Below, piece after piece: positions 19,551 through 29,983 of a DNA stretch of 64,000 nt; the stretch's first letter is position 1, and the number at the start of each line of letters is the position of its first letter. The stretch comes from Candidatus Poribacteria bacterium (GTDB taxonomy: Bacteria > Poribacteria > WGA-4E > PCPOR2b). Below the pieces are notes generated by a model. That model had not been told where the DNA came from. It made no database searches and saw only the letters and a program-made list of their open reading frames with translations. A program made the position numbers and the translations under genes. Where the stretch lies: assembly GCA_965116925.1 (NCBI GenBank), contig OZ220744.1, positions 1,472,001 to 1,536,000 on the forward strand. The letters are read 5' to 3'.

Positions 19551-20798
19551 ATGCGTTATTCAGCCGAACAACAGGTAACAGAAGGAACAGATCACAGCTT
19601 TGACGCCAACGTTTATACCCGCTTAGGTGTCAAACCGTTCATCAATGCCAACCTCCCGTTTACGTTTTTGAGCGCGACGGTGGTGTGGCCAGAGGTGCGC
19701 CGGGCAATTGATGAAGCAGCGCATTATATGGTTGATGTGGTCGAATTGCAAAGGGCTGTGGGCAGACGGCTTGCGGAGATTTCGGGGGCAGAATCCGGCC
19801 TGGTCTCCTCCGGTGCTGCTGGATCTATGGCGTTGGCAACAGCAGCGTGCATCGCAGGCACGGATCCAGAGAAGATTTGGCAATTGCCCGATACCACTGG
19901 ACTCAAGGATCAGGTAATCATGTGGGGTGGGCGTAATATCTTCGACAGTGCGCTGCGACTGGTAGGAGGAAAACCGGTGGTGGTTAGGTCGCTGGACGCG
20001 TTGCGTCATTCCATTAACGATAAGACCGCCATGCTTTGCACGGGATACTCTGCTGATCCAGATCCGGTCGATCCACCACCGCTAGCAGAGATGGTGTCGA
20101 TTTGTAAGGCTGCGGATATTCCTGTATTTGTAGACGCAGCCGGCGGCATTCCACCCATTGACAATATCCGGCGGTATGCCGGTATGGGTGTAGATCTATA
20201 TGGGTTCAGTGGCGGCAAAGGATTACGGGGACCGCAAGCTAGTGGGCTATTGTTTGGACAACGGGACTTGATTGAAGCGGCACTTGCCAATGCCACGCCA
20301 GTTGAAGGTGCGGTATGCCGCGCAATGAAGGTCGGAAAGGAAGAGATTATCGGTTGTATGGCAGCTCTTGAAAAATGGTTGACTGTTGACCTTGAGGCAT
20401 TGTATCACGAACAGACGGAGACGTTGAAGATAATCGCCGGATTTCTAGAATCTGTATCCGGTGTTGAAACTAAGATTGAGCTCCGCAACGGCAGTAACCG
20501 CTTCATGCAGCTGGTTGTGGATTGGGATGTAGAGGTTTTTGGGCTTACTGCAGATGAGTGTGGACGCGAGTTGCGAGAAGGCGATCCGCCTATATCGGTG
20601 CTGTGTAATTACAATCCCTATGTGACGCGGGTACGCGAACTCTTTCCACCGGCTCCGCCTGATGACAAATCGGCCAAGCGTCAAAGTACCTCATTGACAG
20701 TGTTCTCACTCAGCCTTCAGCCCGGCGAAGAGCAGATTGTTGGCACCCGACTTCGCGATGTATTGATGGCAGCCCTTAATGGGACTTCATCACATTAG
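19551..20798 (+). CDS. SelA-like/DgaE-like PLP-dependent enzyme
   Basis: LGVKPFINA, SSGAAGS, VDAA, FSGGK(PLP)GLRGPQ, RAMKVGKEEI. Confidence 0.8.
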   Translation: MRYSAEQQVTEGTDHSFDANVYTRLGVKPFINANLPFTFLSATVVWPEVRRAIDEAAHYMVDVVELQRAVGRRLAEISGAESGLVSSGAAGSMALATAACIAGTDPEKIWQLPDTTGLKDQVIMWGGRNIFDSALRLVGGKPVVVRSLDALRHSINDKTAMLCTGYSADPDPVDPPPLAEMVSICKAADIPVFVDAAGGIPPIDNIRRYAGMGVDLYGFSGGKGLRGPQASGLLFGQRDLIEAALANATPVEGAVCRAMKVGKEEIIGCMAALEKWLTVDLEALYHEQTETLKIIAGFLESVSGVETKIELRNGSNRFMQLVVDWDVEVFGLTADECGRELREGDPPISVLCNYNPYVTRVRELFPPAPPDDKSAKRQSTSLTVFSLSLQPGEEQIVGTRLRDVLMAALNGTSSH

Positions 20799-20850
20799 AG
20801 TTTTAGAATGAAGGTGCTACTGGAGTGGGAGAGCTATTGAGAAATTAATC

Positions 20851-23604
20851 CTAACGACGCCGAATCGTGAGATTCAAGGGCAAAAATAGCAGAACTGCAC
20901 AGAATGCGAGCATCCATTGCCACTCTTGGACGAGTGGTGCAAAACCGAATATCTGTTGTGTTGTTGGTAGATAGACGAAAGATAGATGCAGCACAATGCA
21001 AGCCAAGATAGTGAAACATAGGGGAAGATTTGCCTTTATTCTTTGGAAAACAGATTCCCAAAAGAAGCGATGGCACTGGAAATTTGAAATCAACAACCCT
21101 AAAATCAATGTCGTACATGCTGCCGTTTGCGCCGCGGCATGAGGATTCTGCTGGGTTGCATCTGCACTCACAGCTGTAAGAATAAAGCTAAAAATAGTCA
21201 TTGATGCAATGACAAGGCTGCGTAGCAGCATATCGTAGAAATCGGCGCGCGCTAGGAAGGGAGGAATCTCTTTGGGTTTGCTATATCTGATATCACCACG
21301 GACGCGATCATATCCGAGACTTATCAGCGGGATCAGACTTACGAGTAGATGGGCCCAAAACAGTTGAAGCAGGGTCAACGGCATGGGTAAATCACGTAGC
21401 TTAGGAAAAAAGAAACCGATATACGGCAGCGCGTATCCAACGATGAGCGTGATAACTTGTGCAAGACTGCAGGAGAGCAGCCAGCGCATAGAACTCCTTA
21501 AGTTGATATAAGATTCACGGACTTGACGCATGAGATCTGTGATAACAGCAAAACCGTCTTTAAGGATCACACACCCTGCGCGGTGTTGAACAATATGAGA
21601 TGAGCGTGCAGCGGCAGCGAAACTGACATCTGCCATTCGCATCGCCCGCAAATCGATCGGTAATTTTCCCCAAAATCCAACAGAATAACCGAGGCGTTTC
21701 AAATGTTGTACCAAATTCTGTTTTTGTTCGGCGGAAGGACGGCAATATACAAGTAAACGATTTACAATTGATTCATAGTGCTCATCACTGAACTCAGCTA
21801 GGTCTTCTTGCGTAACAACTCCATGTTTATCCTGAACAATGGTGAGTTCTTTGGCAATATCGAGAGCGGCGTTTCTGTCTCTATCTGTTATTGTGATAAT
21901 TTTAAGTCCTGCATCAAGACTAGATTCGATAATCTCCTTTGAATCAGGATACTCTAGCTCCATAAAAGTAATGAAGCCTAAAAAAGTCATGTTGTGCTGT
22001 GTTTCTTCCAGTGGAGGCGGAGTGTTTAGGTTTCGATAAGCGACAGCAAAAGCCTGAGTTTTACTGTTTGATAGGTATCCGATTGCCTGATGTATCAACT
22101 GCTTCTGATCGAAGCTCATGTAATTAGCGTTTCCATCAAGTTGAATGCGATGACAAGTTTGCAGGATTGCCTCTGCCTTCCCAAACATTAGCTTTAAGAA
22201 TTTTCCATCTTGAAGTGCAAAAACGAGCGTTTTATATGGGCGTTCTGATGTCTGAATCTGTTCATCAATCTTAGTGAAAGTCGCATTGTAACGTTCCAAG
22301 TCAAATCCAATTCTTTCGGCAATTTGGTTTAGCGTAGTGCTGATGCTTACTTCCGCTACGGTCGAAGTTTCGTCCATATTACTCCTGTCTCTATCCGCGG
22401 CACAGCGACTCGCGAGCAGAATCAACAGTGGGAATTCGCGTGGCACGTCTGAATCTGGCAACGCCATTGAAATTGTATCTTCGCCACCTTCATCCGATAG
22501 ATGTTGATCCCGGGATTTCAACCAAGCTTCCCACGTCTCCTGATCGACGAGATTGTCATCAACAAAAACGTGCGAAGCAGTCATCTCTCCCGTCATAAAA
22601 TTGCCGACTTCATCGACACAGACTGCCGTAAGTTTGCTCAATCTTTCCAGATTGACAAGATTACGAATTGCGATGCCCTTCTGTAAGAGTGTATAAGCGT
22701 GTTGGGTCAGGATAGCTCGACTCGTTGAGACAATCCCTTCTGGAATAGCAGCGACAACAAAACCGAAACCAAGAAACAGGAGTTCACTCCAATGGGCACT
22801 TTTATCTTGAAACAGAAACGCTAGGGCGATCGCTACTACTGCCAATATACCCCCGCCAATTCGGAAATAATCGTAGAAGAAGCCCATCTGTACTTCCGCT
22901 TCGGCATCTAGGTCCACCATCGCTGGCGTCCGCTTGTCGGATTTGCTTATCTGCATCTGATCGCCGGTCTCAACAACAATTGCTCTGGCTTCTCCTTCAA
23001 GAACATAGGTTCCTCCAAAGATCATGTTACTTTGCTTGTCGGGTGGCAAGTTCGGAGTAGAGATATCTTCATCGGTTTTTTGCGTGTTCGTTGTTGTTCC
23101 AAACACCGGTGCCTCATCGACAACTAGGGCATCAGCCTCAACAATGCGAGCATCAGCAGGGACAGAATCTCCTTCCTTCAGGAGTAATAGATCCCCGGGG
23201 ACAATCGCTGTAGGGGATAGTTTGATAATCCGCTCACCTCGAATAACGGATATACTGACCTCTAAATGGGTTTTAATCGATTGAAGCTGCGAATGCGTCC
23301 GTCCAGCCTGAATGAATCTCCAGAGGACATGAAAACAGAGAATGGCTGAAAACACTAAGATCTCGTGAATAGTACGTTGGAGATAGAAAAGGAGGCAGAT
23401 GACAATAAACAGGAGAATAACTGTTAAATTGGCAAATTGTTTCAGTAAGAGGGCAAGAAATGAACGTTCATAGGTTTGCAGAATTTCGTTGTTCCCATAT
23501 TTGCTACGTTGGGAAGTGGCTTCCTCACTACTCAACCCATGATTGAGGTCTGTTTTGAATTCATGTAGAAGATGTGGAATTTTTTGGGAGTACCAATTTG
23601 ACAT
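20851..23604 (-). CDS. P2-type cation-transporting ATPase homolog with degenerate catalytic motifs
   Basis: GLSSEEA..YG.N, VPGD..L.EGD.VPADAR, TM4 AAIPEG and full-length architecture; DKTGT appears as DEVGN. Confidence 0.85.
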   Translation of the reverse strand: MSNWYSQKIPHLLHEFKTDLNHGLSSEEATSQRSKYGNNEILQTYERSFLALLLKQFANLTVILLFIVICLLFYLQRTIHEILVFSAILCFHVLWRFIQAGRTHSQLQSIKTHLEVSISVIRGERIIKLSPTAIVPGDLLLLKEGDSVPADARIVEADALVVDEAPVFGTTTNTQKTDEDISTPNLPPDKQSNMIFGGTYVLEGEARAIVVETGDQMQISKSDKRTPAMVDLDAEAEVQMGFFYDYFRIGGGILAVVAIALAFLFQDKSAHWSELLFLGFGFVVAAIPEGIVSTSRAILTQHAYTLLQKGIAIRNLVNLERLSKLTAVCVDEVGNFMTGEMTASHVFVDDNLVDQETWEAWLKSRDQHLSDEGGEDTISMALPDSDVPREFPLLILLASRCAADRDRSNMDETSTVAEVSISTTLNQIAERIGFDLERYNATFTKIDEQIQTSERPYKTLVFALQDGKFLKLMFGKAEAILQTCHRIQLDGNANYMSFDQKQLIHQAIGYLSNSKTQAFAVAYRNLNTPPPLEETQHNMTFLGFITFMELEYPDSKEIIESSLDAGLKIITITDRDRNAALDIAKELTIVQDKHGVVTQEDLAEFSDEHYESIVNRLLVYCRPSAEQKQNLVQHLKRLGYSVGFWGKLPIDLRAMRMADVSFAAAARSSHIVQHRAGCVILKDGFAVITDLMRQVRESYINLRSSMRWLLSCSLAQVITLIVGYALPYIGFFFPKLRDLPMPLTLLQLFWAHLLVSLIPLISLGYDRVRGDIRYSKPKEIPPFLARADFYDMLLRSLVIASMTIFSFILTAVSADATQQNPHAAAQTAACTTLILGLLISNFQCHRFFWESVFQRIKANLPLCFTILACIVLHLSFVYLPTTQQIFGFAPLVQEWQWMLAFCAVLLFLPLNLTIRRR

Positions 23605-23742
23605 GGTTCAAAATTCTTGTCTGAAAACGTAAGAAAGTATGAGAAATAAAATAGTTGAGTCAAATAGGATCGGTCCGATAAGATCTGCCGTGTTCTAAAG
23701 AGCGGAGAATATATTTTACCACGTAATCATACGTCTGAAAAC

Positions 23743-23771
23743 AAAAAAGCCTCGCCTAATGACGAGGCTTT
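23743..23771 (-). terminator. Intrinsic terminator after rpmA
   Basis: AAAGCCTCG...CGAGGCTTT stem with U tract on the minus strand. Confidence 0.85.
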
Positions 23772-23800
23772 GAATTTAACGATTTTGATGGGATAAAGCA

Positions 23801-24067
23801 CTAGAAATCGGGGCGTTCTGGATAAACGCTAACTTTCCTACGGAATTTATCTTTCCGCTCAAACCAGACATAGCCATCAATTTTCGAGAAAAGCGTGTAA
23901 TCGTTTCCCACCCCAACGTTCCTTCCGGCGTGGATGTGCGTACCGCGTTGTCGAACCAGAATGCTCCCAGCAGTCACAGTGCTCCCAGAAAACTGCTTGA
24001 CACCGAGCCGTTTACCAATACTATCTCGTCCATTGCTTGTACTTCCACCGCCTTTTTTATGAGCCAT
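23801..24067 (-). CDS. rpmA: 50S ribosomal protein L27
   Basis: [16 protein letters not shown]...ILVRQRGT; true start 24067, overlapping the rplU end. Confidence 0.97.
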   Translation of the reverse strand: MAHKKGGGSTSNGRDSIGKRLGVKQFSGSTVTAGSILVRQRGTHIHAGRNVGVGNDYTLFSKIDGYVWFERKDKFRRKVSVYPERPDF

Positions 24068-24410
24068 TTTCGTTTTCCTCCTCAGATGCGTTATTTCCGT
24101 CTCGTATTTCAGTAATGCGTAATCGGGTAAATTGCTGCCGGTGTCCAAGTTTCCGCTTATACCCTTTGCGCCTTTTCGACTTGAAAACGACAATTTTTTT
24201 GTTCTTAGCTTGTTGTACGACTTCACCAACGACAGCGGCATTTTCGAGGTACGGTGTACCGACTTGCACGTTGCCGTTACCGTCGCCTATAGCCAATATT
24301 TCTGGTAGGGTCACTTCTTCACCGACAGGCGCGTCTAACTTTTCAATATCAATTAGCGTATCCACCTGAACACGATGCTGTTTCCCACCCGAGGCAAATA
24401 CAGCATACAT
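24057..24410 (-). CDS. rplU: 50S ribosomal protein L21
   Basis: [28 protein letters not shown]. Confidence 0.97.
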   Translation of the reverse strand: MYAVFASGGKQHRVQVDTLIDIEKLDAPVGEEVTLPEILAIGDGNGNVQVGTPYLENAAVVGEVVQQAKNKKIVVFKSKRRKGYKRKLGHRQQFTRLRITEIRDGNNASEEENENGS

Positions 24411-24481
24411 CTTTCTTTCTCCTTAAAAAAATCTGTGTAGTGTTCGCGTCCCCTTCCAAGCAAGCGGAGATGCAAGTAAGA

Positions 24482-24510
24482 ATTATAACAAAAATTCTCT
24501 CAACAGTCAA
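24482..24510 (-). promoter_or_regulatory. Promoter of rplU-rpmA
   Basis: TTGACT-N17-TATAAT with extended TG. Confidence 0.8.
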
Positions 24511-24512
24511 TG

Positions 24513-26060
24513 TTAATTCAAGTAAATCTCGCGATTAGAACCCTCTGCAAAGATTTGATAATCCTCAAGATGTACATCCGCATCCCCTTGCAGCCGAATC
24601 TGTAGATTCATTGACTTCTCAAGTTGTCCCAATCTACCGGCTTTCTCGTCAAGCAGATGGGATACAATGTGTTCATTTGCAACTACCCTCAATCGGCGTT
24701 TCCGGGATTTCCGATGGGCTTTCTTGATAGATCGGAACAGATCAATCGTAATTGTATCAGTTGAAAGGACTGATCCGTGCCCATCACAATAGGGACAAGA
24801 TTCAGTGAGAACAGTGGCCAAGCTGGGACGGGTCCGTTGCCGCGTCATTTCTACGAGTCCAAGATCGGATATGTGTAACAGGTTCGTTCGGGCCCGATCT
24901 TTATCTAGTGCCTGCTGCAGCAACTTATAGACCATTCGTCGATGCTCGGGATTATCCATATCAATAAAATCAATGACGATAATTCCGCCAAGATCTCTCA
25001 GGCGAATCTGCCGCACCACTTCCTCAACAGCCTCTAGGTTTGCGCTCAAGATGGTACTGTCGGGGTCTCCTTTCCCGACAAATTTCCCGGTATTGACATC
25101 AATAGAGACCATCGCTTCCGTCTGTTGAATAACGAGGTGTCCACCACATTTGAGCCAGATTTTTTCACTCAGTGCCTTCTTGAGTTCTTTTTCAATACCG
25201 TAGGCTTCAAAAATAGGGGTTGATTTGTTATAAAACTTGACCTGTGAACGTAGTTCCGATCCAGAAGATGAAAGGTACTCCATCGCATCCTGATGTTGTT
25301 CCTTGGAATCAATGACAAGCCGTGTAACTTCGCTTGTGAACGAATCTCGAATAACTCGCACAATGAAGCTGTGTTCCTTATGAACAAGACTTGGAGCTGG
25401 CATCTTCTCAGCTTGTTTAACAATCCGTTTCCATTGGCCAACAAGGTACTGGATCTCTGCGGTAAAGTCCTTCTCACTTTTTCCTTCAGCAGAGGTGCGA
25501 ATAATAAATCCACCTTCGACATCAGCACGTATCGCTTCGGCAATGCTCCTGAGACGCTGCCTCTCTTCTGCTGACTCAATCCGGCGGGACACACCGATGT
25601 TTGACGCGGTGGGCAGATAGACAACATAACGCCCAGGCAGCGTGATACAGGTTGTTACCCGGGGCCCCTTTGTCCCAATTGGCTCTTTTCCAACCTGTAC
25701 TAGAATCTCTTGGTTTGGGTGAATAAGGTCGCTGATAGAATACGAATATCCCCTTCCGGGTTTTGGTGAGTTGTTCGATTTTCTATTGAGATCGAGTTTT
25801 GTGGAATCATCATTGGAGCCATCTTCTTCCAAATCACGAATGATATCCGAAATATGCAGAAAAGCGTGCCGCTCCAGTCCAATATTCACGAAGGCAATCT
25901 GCATACCGGGAAGGACGTTCTCTACGCGACCCTTATAAGTGTTGTTGAGCGTGTGCTCGTCATTTTTGCGTTCAATATCAATCTCGGTTAGAACGCCATC
26001 TTCAAGTACAGCACATCGCGTTTCATATTCATCGTCAGAAATGATAATCTCTTTTTGCAT
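24513..26060 (-). CDS. rng: Ribonuclease G/E family endoribonuclease
   Basis: S1 domain (VLPGMQIAFV), KEPIGTKGPR, IDVNTG, RLRDLGGIIVIDFIDM, CPYC zinc link; GGAGG RBS before ATG 26060. Confidence 0.93.
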   Translation of the reverse strand: MQKEIIISDDEYETRCAVLEDGVLTEIDIERKNDEHTLNNTYKGRVENVLPGMQIAFVNIGLERHAFLHISDIIRDLEEDGSNDDSTKLDLNRKSNNSPKPGRGYSYSISDLIHPNQEILVQVGKEPIGTKGPRVTTCITLPGRYVVYLPTASNIGVSRRIESAEERQRLRSIAEAIRADVEGGFIIRTSAEGKSEKDFTAEIQYLVGQWKRIVKQAEKMPAPSLVHKEHSFIVRVIRDSFTSEVTRLVIDSKEQHQDAMEYLSSSGSELRSQVKFYNKSTPIFEAYGIEKELKKALSEKIWLKCGGHLVIQQTEAMVSIDVNTGKFVGKGDPDSTILSANLEAVEEVVRQIRLRDLGGIIVIDFIDMDNPEHRRMVYKLLQQALDKDRARTNLLHISDLGLVEMTRQRTRPSLATVLTESCPYCDGHGSVLSTDTITIDLFRSIKKAHRKSRKRRLRVVANEHIVSHLLDEKAGRLGQLEKSMNLQIRLQGDADVHLEDYQIFAEGSNREIYLN

Positions 26061-26654
26061 TGTCGCCTCCGTCCTTAAGTTCAAGAACTAGGTCACACAA
26101 CTCACAACCGATCTATCTATGGAGGCAACGAACAAAACAATCAGGCTTAGGGAGAGGTAATCTTTTAATCAATAATGGTAATCCGTATGCTTTTGCATCG
26201 TTCGGGCATATCGTATAACACCGCCCGGCGTAAGGTCTACGATAGATACAGCTTCACTTTTTTCGTTGTTACTGCACCATCACTATATTCATGATAATCT
26301 TCACCATGACCGCATCCAGAGTTGAAACGCGAAGCACCTTTCTCATCCCGTTTCATGTATTGTATCCAAATTCTTAAATTATTGAGAAAATTGTAAGAAC
26401 TTGAAAATTAAAAGATTAAGTGAGCATGTGCACTATCACCAAAGATGTGAGAAAATCTCATGAGAACAGGATTAACACCAAAAATGTCAAGCCGTTAGAA
26501 GCGGGGGAAATTAAGTGGCGGTATGAGGAAGCGTTCCTCTACCCGTTCACTTTTCGATTCTGTATCCGCCCACACTAGACGGGAAATGCTGTTCTACGAA
26601 ATTCTTCACAGGCGATCTGTGAGTACACTCTTTCAACCTGATTTGTTTAGAACC

Positions 26655-28229
26655 TTAACTTTGTTCGCGCGGAGTCATTGTGACCACTGGTATAATCAAT
26701 TCGCCCGTCGAGATACCACCATGTTGGAAGCCCCCTCGAAATTGGCGGGTATATTCATTGAATTGATTGGGGTAAACAAAGTAATAATCTTCTTTTGCAA
26801 TAATGTAGTTTTTACTTGCGTTTTCGGCAGGTAATCCATACCGTTTCGGATCGTCAATATAAATCGCTTGATCCGTATCGCAGCCTAAATTTGTACCAAC
26901 TTTAAAGCGCAGACTTGTAGAGGTTTCGCGGTTTCCATACGCTCTTGATGGTCGATTACAGAGAACCGAACCGTGATCTGATGTTAGAACGATAACGGCG
27001 TCCTGTTTCGAGATGATTTTTAGGATCTCGAACAGTGCCGAGTGAGCGAACCACGACTTTGTCAGAGATTGAAAGGCGGATTCATCCGGCGCAATCTGCT
27101 GAAGAATGTCTGACTGGGAACGCTGATGTGTCAACATATCAATAAAATTCACGACCAAAGCGGATAGGCTGATCCGATCAAACGAAGAGACTTGGCGTAT
27201 AAACTCATTGCCTCCCTTAGTATCGAAGATCTTAAAGTACTTTAATCCCGGTTTAAGCTTGATTCCTGCACGTTGGAGTTGGAGTTGGAGGAGTTGCCTT
27301 TCATAACGGTTCGTGCTAGTTTCGTCTGTGGCGTCCTCCTGCCAATACTGTGGGAATCTTTCCGCTAGCTCTTGCGGAAACAGGCCACTAAAAATAGCAT
27401 TGCGCGAGTAGAGCGTTGCGCTAGGTAGAATTGAAAAATAGTAATTCCTATCGATATAGAAATAGGGTTGGAGTACGGGTTCAATTGCTATCCAATGATC
27501 CAGTCGTAGGCAATCAACGACAATCAAATACACCTGGCGTTCCTGTTTCAGGTGAGGAATAACAAATTTATCAACAACATCAACTGATAGAATTGGGGAA
27601 TCCTTACCTTGTAACCAACGGAGGTAGTTTCCCTGCACATAATCAGAAAACAGTGCGTTACACTCTTTTTTTTGCTCTAAATGTGTTTCTTCAAGCCCTG
27701 TTTGTGCTAATTGATTCAACTCAAGATCCCATTCGAGCAACTTGAGATAGATATCTATCCATTCTCGCCAGTCCGGATTTGCGTCCTTACTGGCGCGGAT
27801 TTGGTTAAAATCGTGGGTATAGTTGCGTGGCACCTGTGCTTCAATGATATTAGTCTGATCTAGAACACGTTTTAAGGTCGAAGCGATCTGAGCCACACCA
27901 ATGGGCTTCACCAAAAAGTCGCTAACCCGTTTTCCTAGTGCCTCATTAATTAACTGGTCTTCGCTGCCTTGCGTGACCATAATCACAGGTAAGATAGGGT
28001 TAATTTCACGGATTTGGTCGAGTGTTGCCATGCCATCCTGCCCCGGCATAACCTGATCGAGCAAAACAGCATCATAGTAGGATTCCTTGAGTAGTGAAAT
28101 CGCATCAGTTCCATTGGAAACTGGTGTCACATCGTAAGATTTCTCACGGAGAAGAAGGATGTGGGGTTTCAGTGCATCAATCTCATCATCAACCCACAAG
28201 ATTTTACGCGTTATGTTTTGCGCTAACAC
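26655..28229 (-). CDS. PorX-like response regulator (REC plus PglZ/alkaline-phosphatase-fold domain)
   Basis: ILWVDDEI and LLDQVMPG receiver; VVDCLR, PSATLYSRNAIFSG, NFIDMLTH, TSDHG, FQHGGIS. Confidence 0.85.
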   Translation of the reverse strand: MLAQNITRKILWVDDEIDALKPHILLLREKSYDVTPVSNGTDAISLLKESYYDAVLLDQVMPGQDGMATLDQIREINPILPVIMVTQGSEDQLINEALGKRVSDFLVKPIGVAQIASTLKRVLDQTNIIEAQVPRNYTHDFNQIRASKDANPDWREWIDIYLKLLEWDLELNQLAQTGLEETHLEQKKECNALFSDYVQGNYLRWLQGKDSPILSVDVVDKFVIPHLKQERQVYLIVVDCLRLDHWIAIEPVLQPYFYIDRNYYFSILPSATLYSRNAIFSGLFPQELAERFPQYWQEDATDETSTNRYERQLLQLQLQRAGIKLKPGLKYFKIFDTKGGNEFIRQVSSFDRISLSALVVNFIDMLTHQRSQSDILQQIAPDESAFQSLTKSWFAHSALFEILKIISKQDAVIVLTSDHGSVLCNRPSRAYGNRETSTSLRFKVGTNLGCDTDQAIYIDDPKRYGLPAENASKNYIIAKEDYYFVYPNQFNEYTRQFRGGFQHGGISTGELIIPVVTMTPREQS

Positions 28230-29784
28230 TTTGTTCCCCTTTCTTTCTCCCCTTAAACTTCGTCCAGAACAGTGAACTTTTCGTCAGAAGTTTGGCTGTT
28301 TTCTCGTTTTCGGCGGTTTCTACGGGCAATACAATCTCAAAGGTTGTTCCCTGTGAACTAGTCTCAATGAGCCGAATCCGCCCATGATGATATGCTTCAA
28401 TGATTCGTTTAACAAGCGTCAAACCAAGTCCCCATCCATGTTTCTTTGTTGTCATCCCCGGACGAAAGATTTTATTCCGGTTTTGCCGGGGAATTCCTTG
28501 TCCATTATCTTTATACCGGACGACAATCTGATGCTGCTTTGGATGGAGCCGAGGATCGATTTCGATGACGCCATTTTCTTTGTCTATTGCATCCAGTGAA
28601 TTCCGGATCAGGTTTTCAAACACCCATTGTAACAGATCTGCATTCGCTACAATTTCGGGCAGTTCGTGGTCAATAACGCGCAACTCAACCTGTTTGCTTA
28701 GATTCGGCAAACGTTTTTGAAAGTATGCAACGGCATCGCCTATAACTGTGTTAATATCAATTCGGGTTTGTTGCGGATACGATCCAATCTTGCCGAAACG
28801 TTCCGTGATGCGCTGGAGTCGCGTAATATCGCTCTGCATATTTGCATAAATTTCGGCAGTTCTATTGTCTCCTCGATGCTTGTCCAACTCCATTGATAAC
28901 TCAACCCACCCCATCAAGGAAGAGATTGGTGTGCCAAGTTGATGTGCGGTTTCCTTCGCAAGTCCGCCCCAAATTGATGCCTGTTCAACGGTTTTAATCC
29001 GCCGATAGCTCAAAAAACCGACAATTAGAACCGTCGAGAAAACAACCACTAACACGATGGGCATAACGAAGATGCCGTAGTCGGGGGTGATTTCGTGGTA
29101 CAGATGTCCATGGAGGGAGCCAAGGTTAGTTTGCAGTGGGGTGTACCGCTCCATGGCTTTGGAATTTTGAACAAGCCGCTTTGCCCGCTCATATTGCTCC
29201 GCCGTAGCGGTTTCTGGCGTGAGCAATTCATCCCAGATTTTCCATTGTTTCGGGTTGTCTTTCAAATCCGTGAAAACAAACGGAAGCTGATCTATCGCAT
29301 TTCCATCTGCTTCACCATGATATAAATATCCATCAATCAGAAAATTATGAAGCGGCTTGGGATCATCGTACCGCTTCATCCGATTGAGAATATTATCAAG
29401 TTTTAACTTCTCAGCGTCAGAGAGCGGAATGTTATTATAAATCTTGCTTTCAATGGTCTTATCGCTGAGATTTTTCGCGACTTTGACTTGACCATCCTCG
29501 GCATCCGTGATGATAAATGAGAGCCGGCTTTCAGCTAACAGCTCCTCCTTGATAATCTGGCTCAACTGGCTTTGCAGCTGTACATCGTTGATCCTGGGAA
29601 GCAAAGCCTCAAGCTCCGCCAGCGGCTTCACCTGCTTCTCGAAGACCTCATTGTGTTGGAGAAGCAGTCGTGTATAATAGACAAAAGCAAGCGAAAGAAT
29701 CAGCAGCCCGACAATGAAGCAAGTAAGCAAGAAATTGGAGGCAGCGTAGCCGGTGGGAACAGTCCTCTGACGTTTGAAAAACAT
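28204..29784 (-). CDS. Membrane sensor histidine kinase
   Basis: Two TM segments; H-box KETAHQLGTP, ENLIRNSLDA, DNGQG, GWGLGL; start could alternatively be GTG 29805. Confidence 0.92.
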   Translation of the reverse strand: MFFKRQRTVPTGYAASNFLLTCFIVGLLILSLAFVYYTRLLLQHNEVFEKQVKPLAELEALLPRINDVQLQSQLSQIIKEELLAESRLSFIITDAEDGQVKVAKNLSDKTIESKIYNNIPLSDAEKLKLDNILNRMKRYDDPKPLHNFLIDGYLYHGEADGNAIDQLPFVFTDLKDNPKQWKIWDELLTPETATAEQYERAKRLVQNSKAMERYTPLQTNLGSLHGHLYHEITPDYGIFVMPIVLVVVFSTVLIVGFLSYRRIKTVEQASIWGGLAKETAHQLGTPISSLMGWVELSMELDKHRGDNRTAEIYANMQSDITRLQRITERFGKIGSYPQQTRIDINTVIGDAVAYFQKRLPNLSKQVELRVIDHELPEIVANADLLQWVFENLIRNSLDAIDKENGVIEIDPRLHPKQHQIVVRYKDNGQGIPRQNRNKIFRPGMTTKKHGWGLGLTLVKRIIEAYHHGRIRLIETSSQGTTFEIVLPVETAENEKTAKLLTKSSLFWTKFKGRKKGEQSVSAKHNA

Positions 29785-29905
29785 CTGTGTGCCCCAATCA
29801 AACACGACAAAAATTTATGCACGCACGAAATATATGTCTGATAGTATTGTATCAGACAACATAGTGTAAAGTCAAGCACTCGTTTGGGAGCTATCAAAAA
29901 CAGGC

Positions 29906-29935
29906 TTGACAGAGCCTTCTAGATTCCTTTATAAT
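29906..29935 (+). promoter_or_regulatory. Sigma70 promoter (divergent from the kinase gene)
   Basis: TTGACA-N18-TATAAT. Confidence 0.65.
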
Positions 29936-29983
29936 CAACTTCAGTTTTTTTACTCTTAATGTCAGTAAGTGGAAGGAATTTTG

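Noticed and set aside
19551..20798. True selenocysteine synthase selA
   Set aside because: Shorter than typical SelA with DgaE-like motifs; no selB or selC adjacent
24068..24241. N-terminal extension of L27 suggesting Prp processing
   Set aside because: It is an alternate frame of rplU; MAHKK begins at 24067 with its own GAGG RBS, and no prp gene lies between rplU and rpmA
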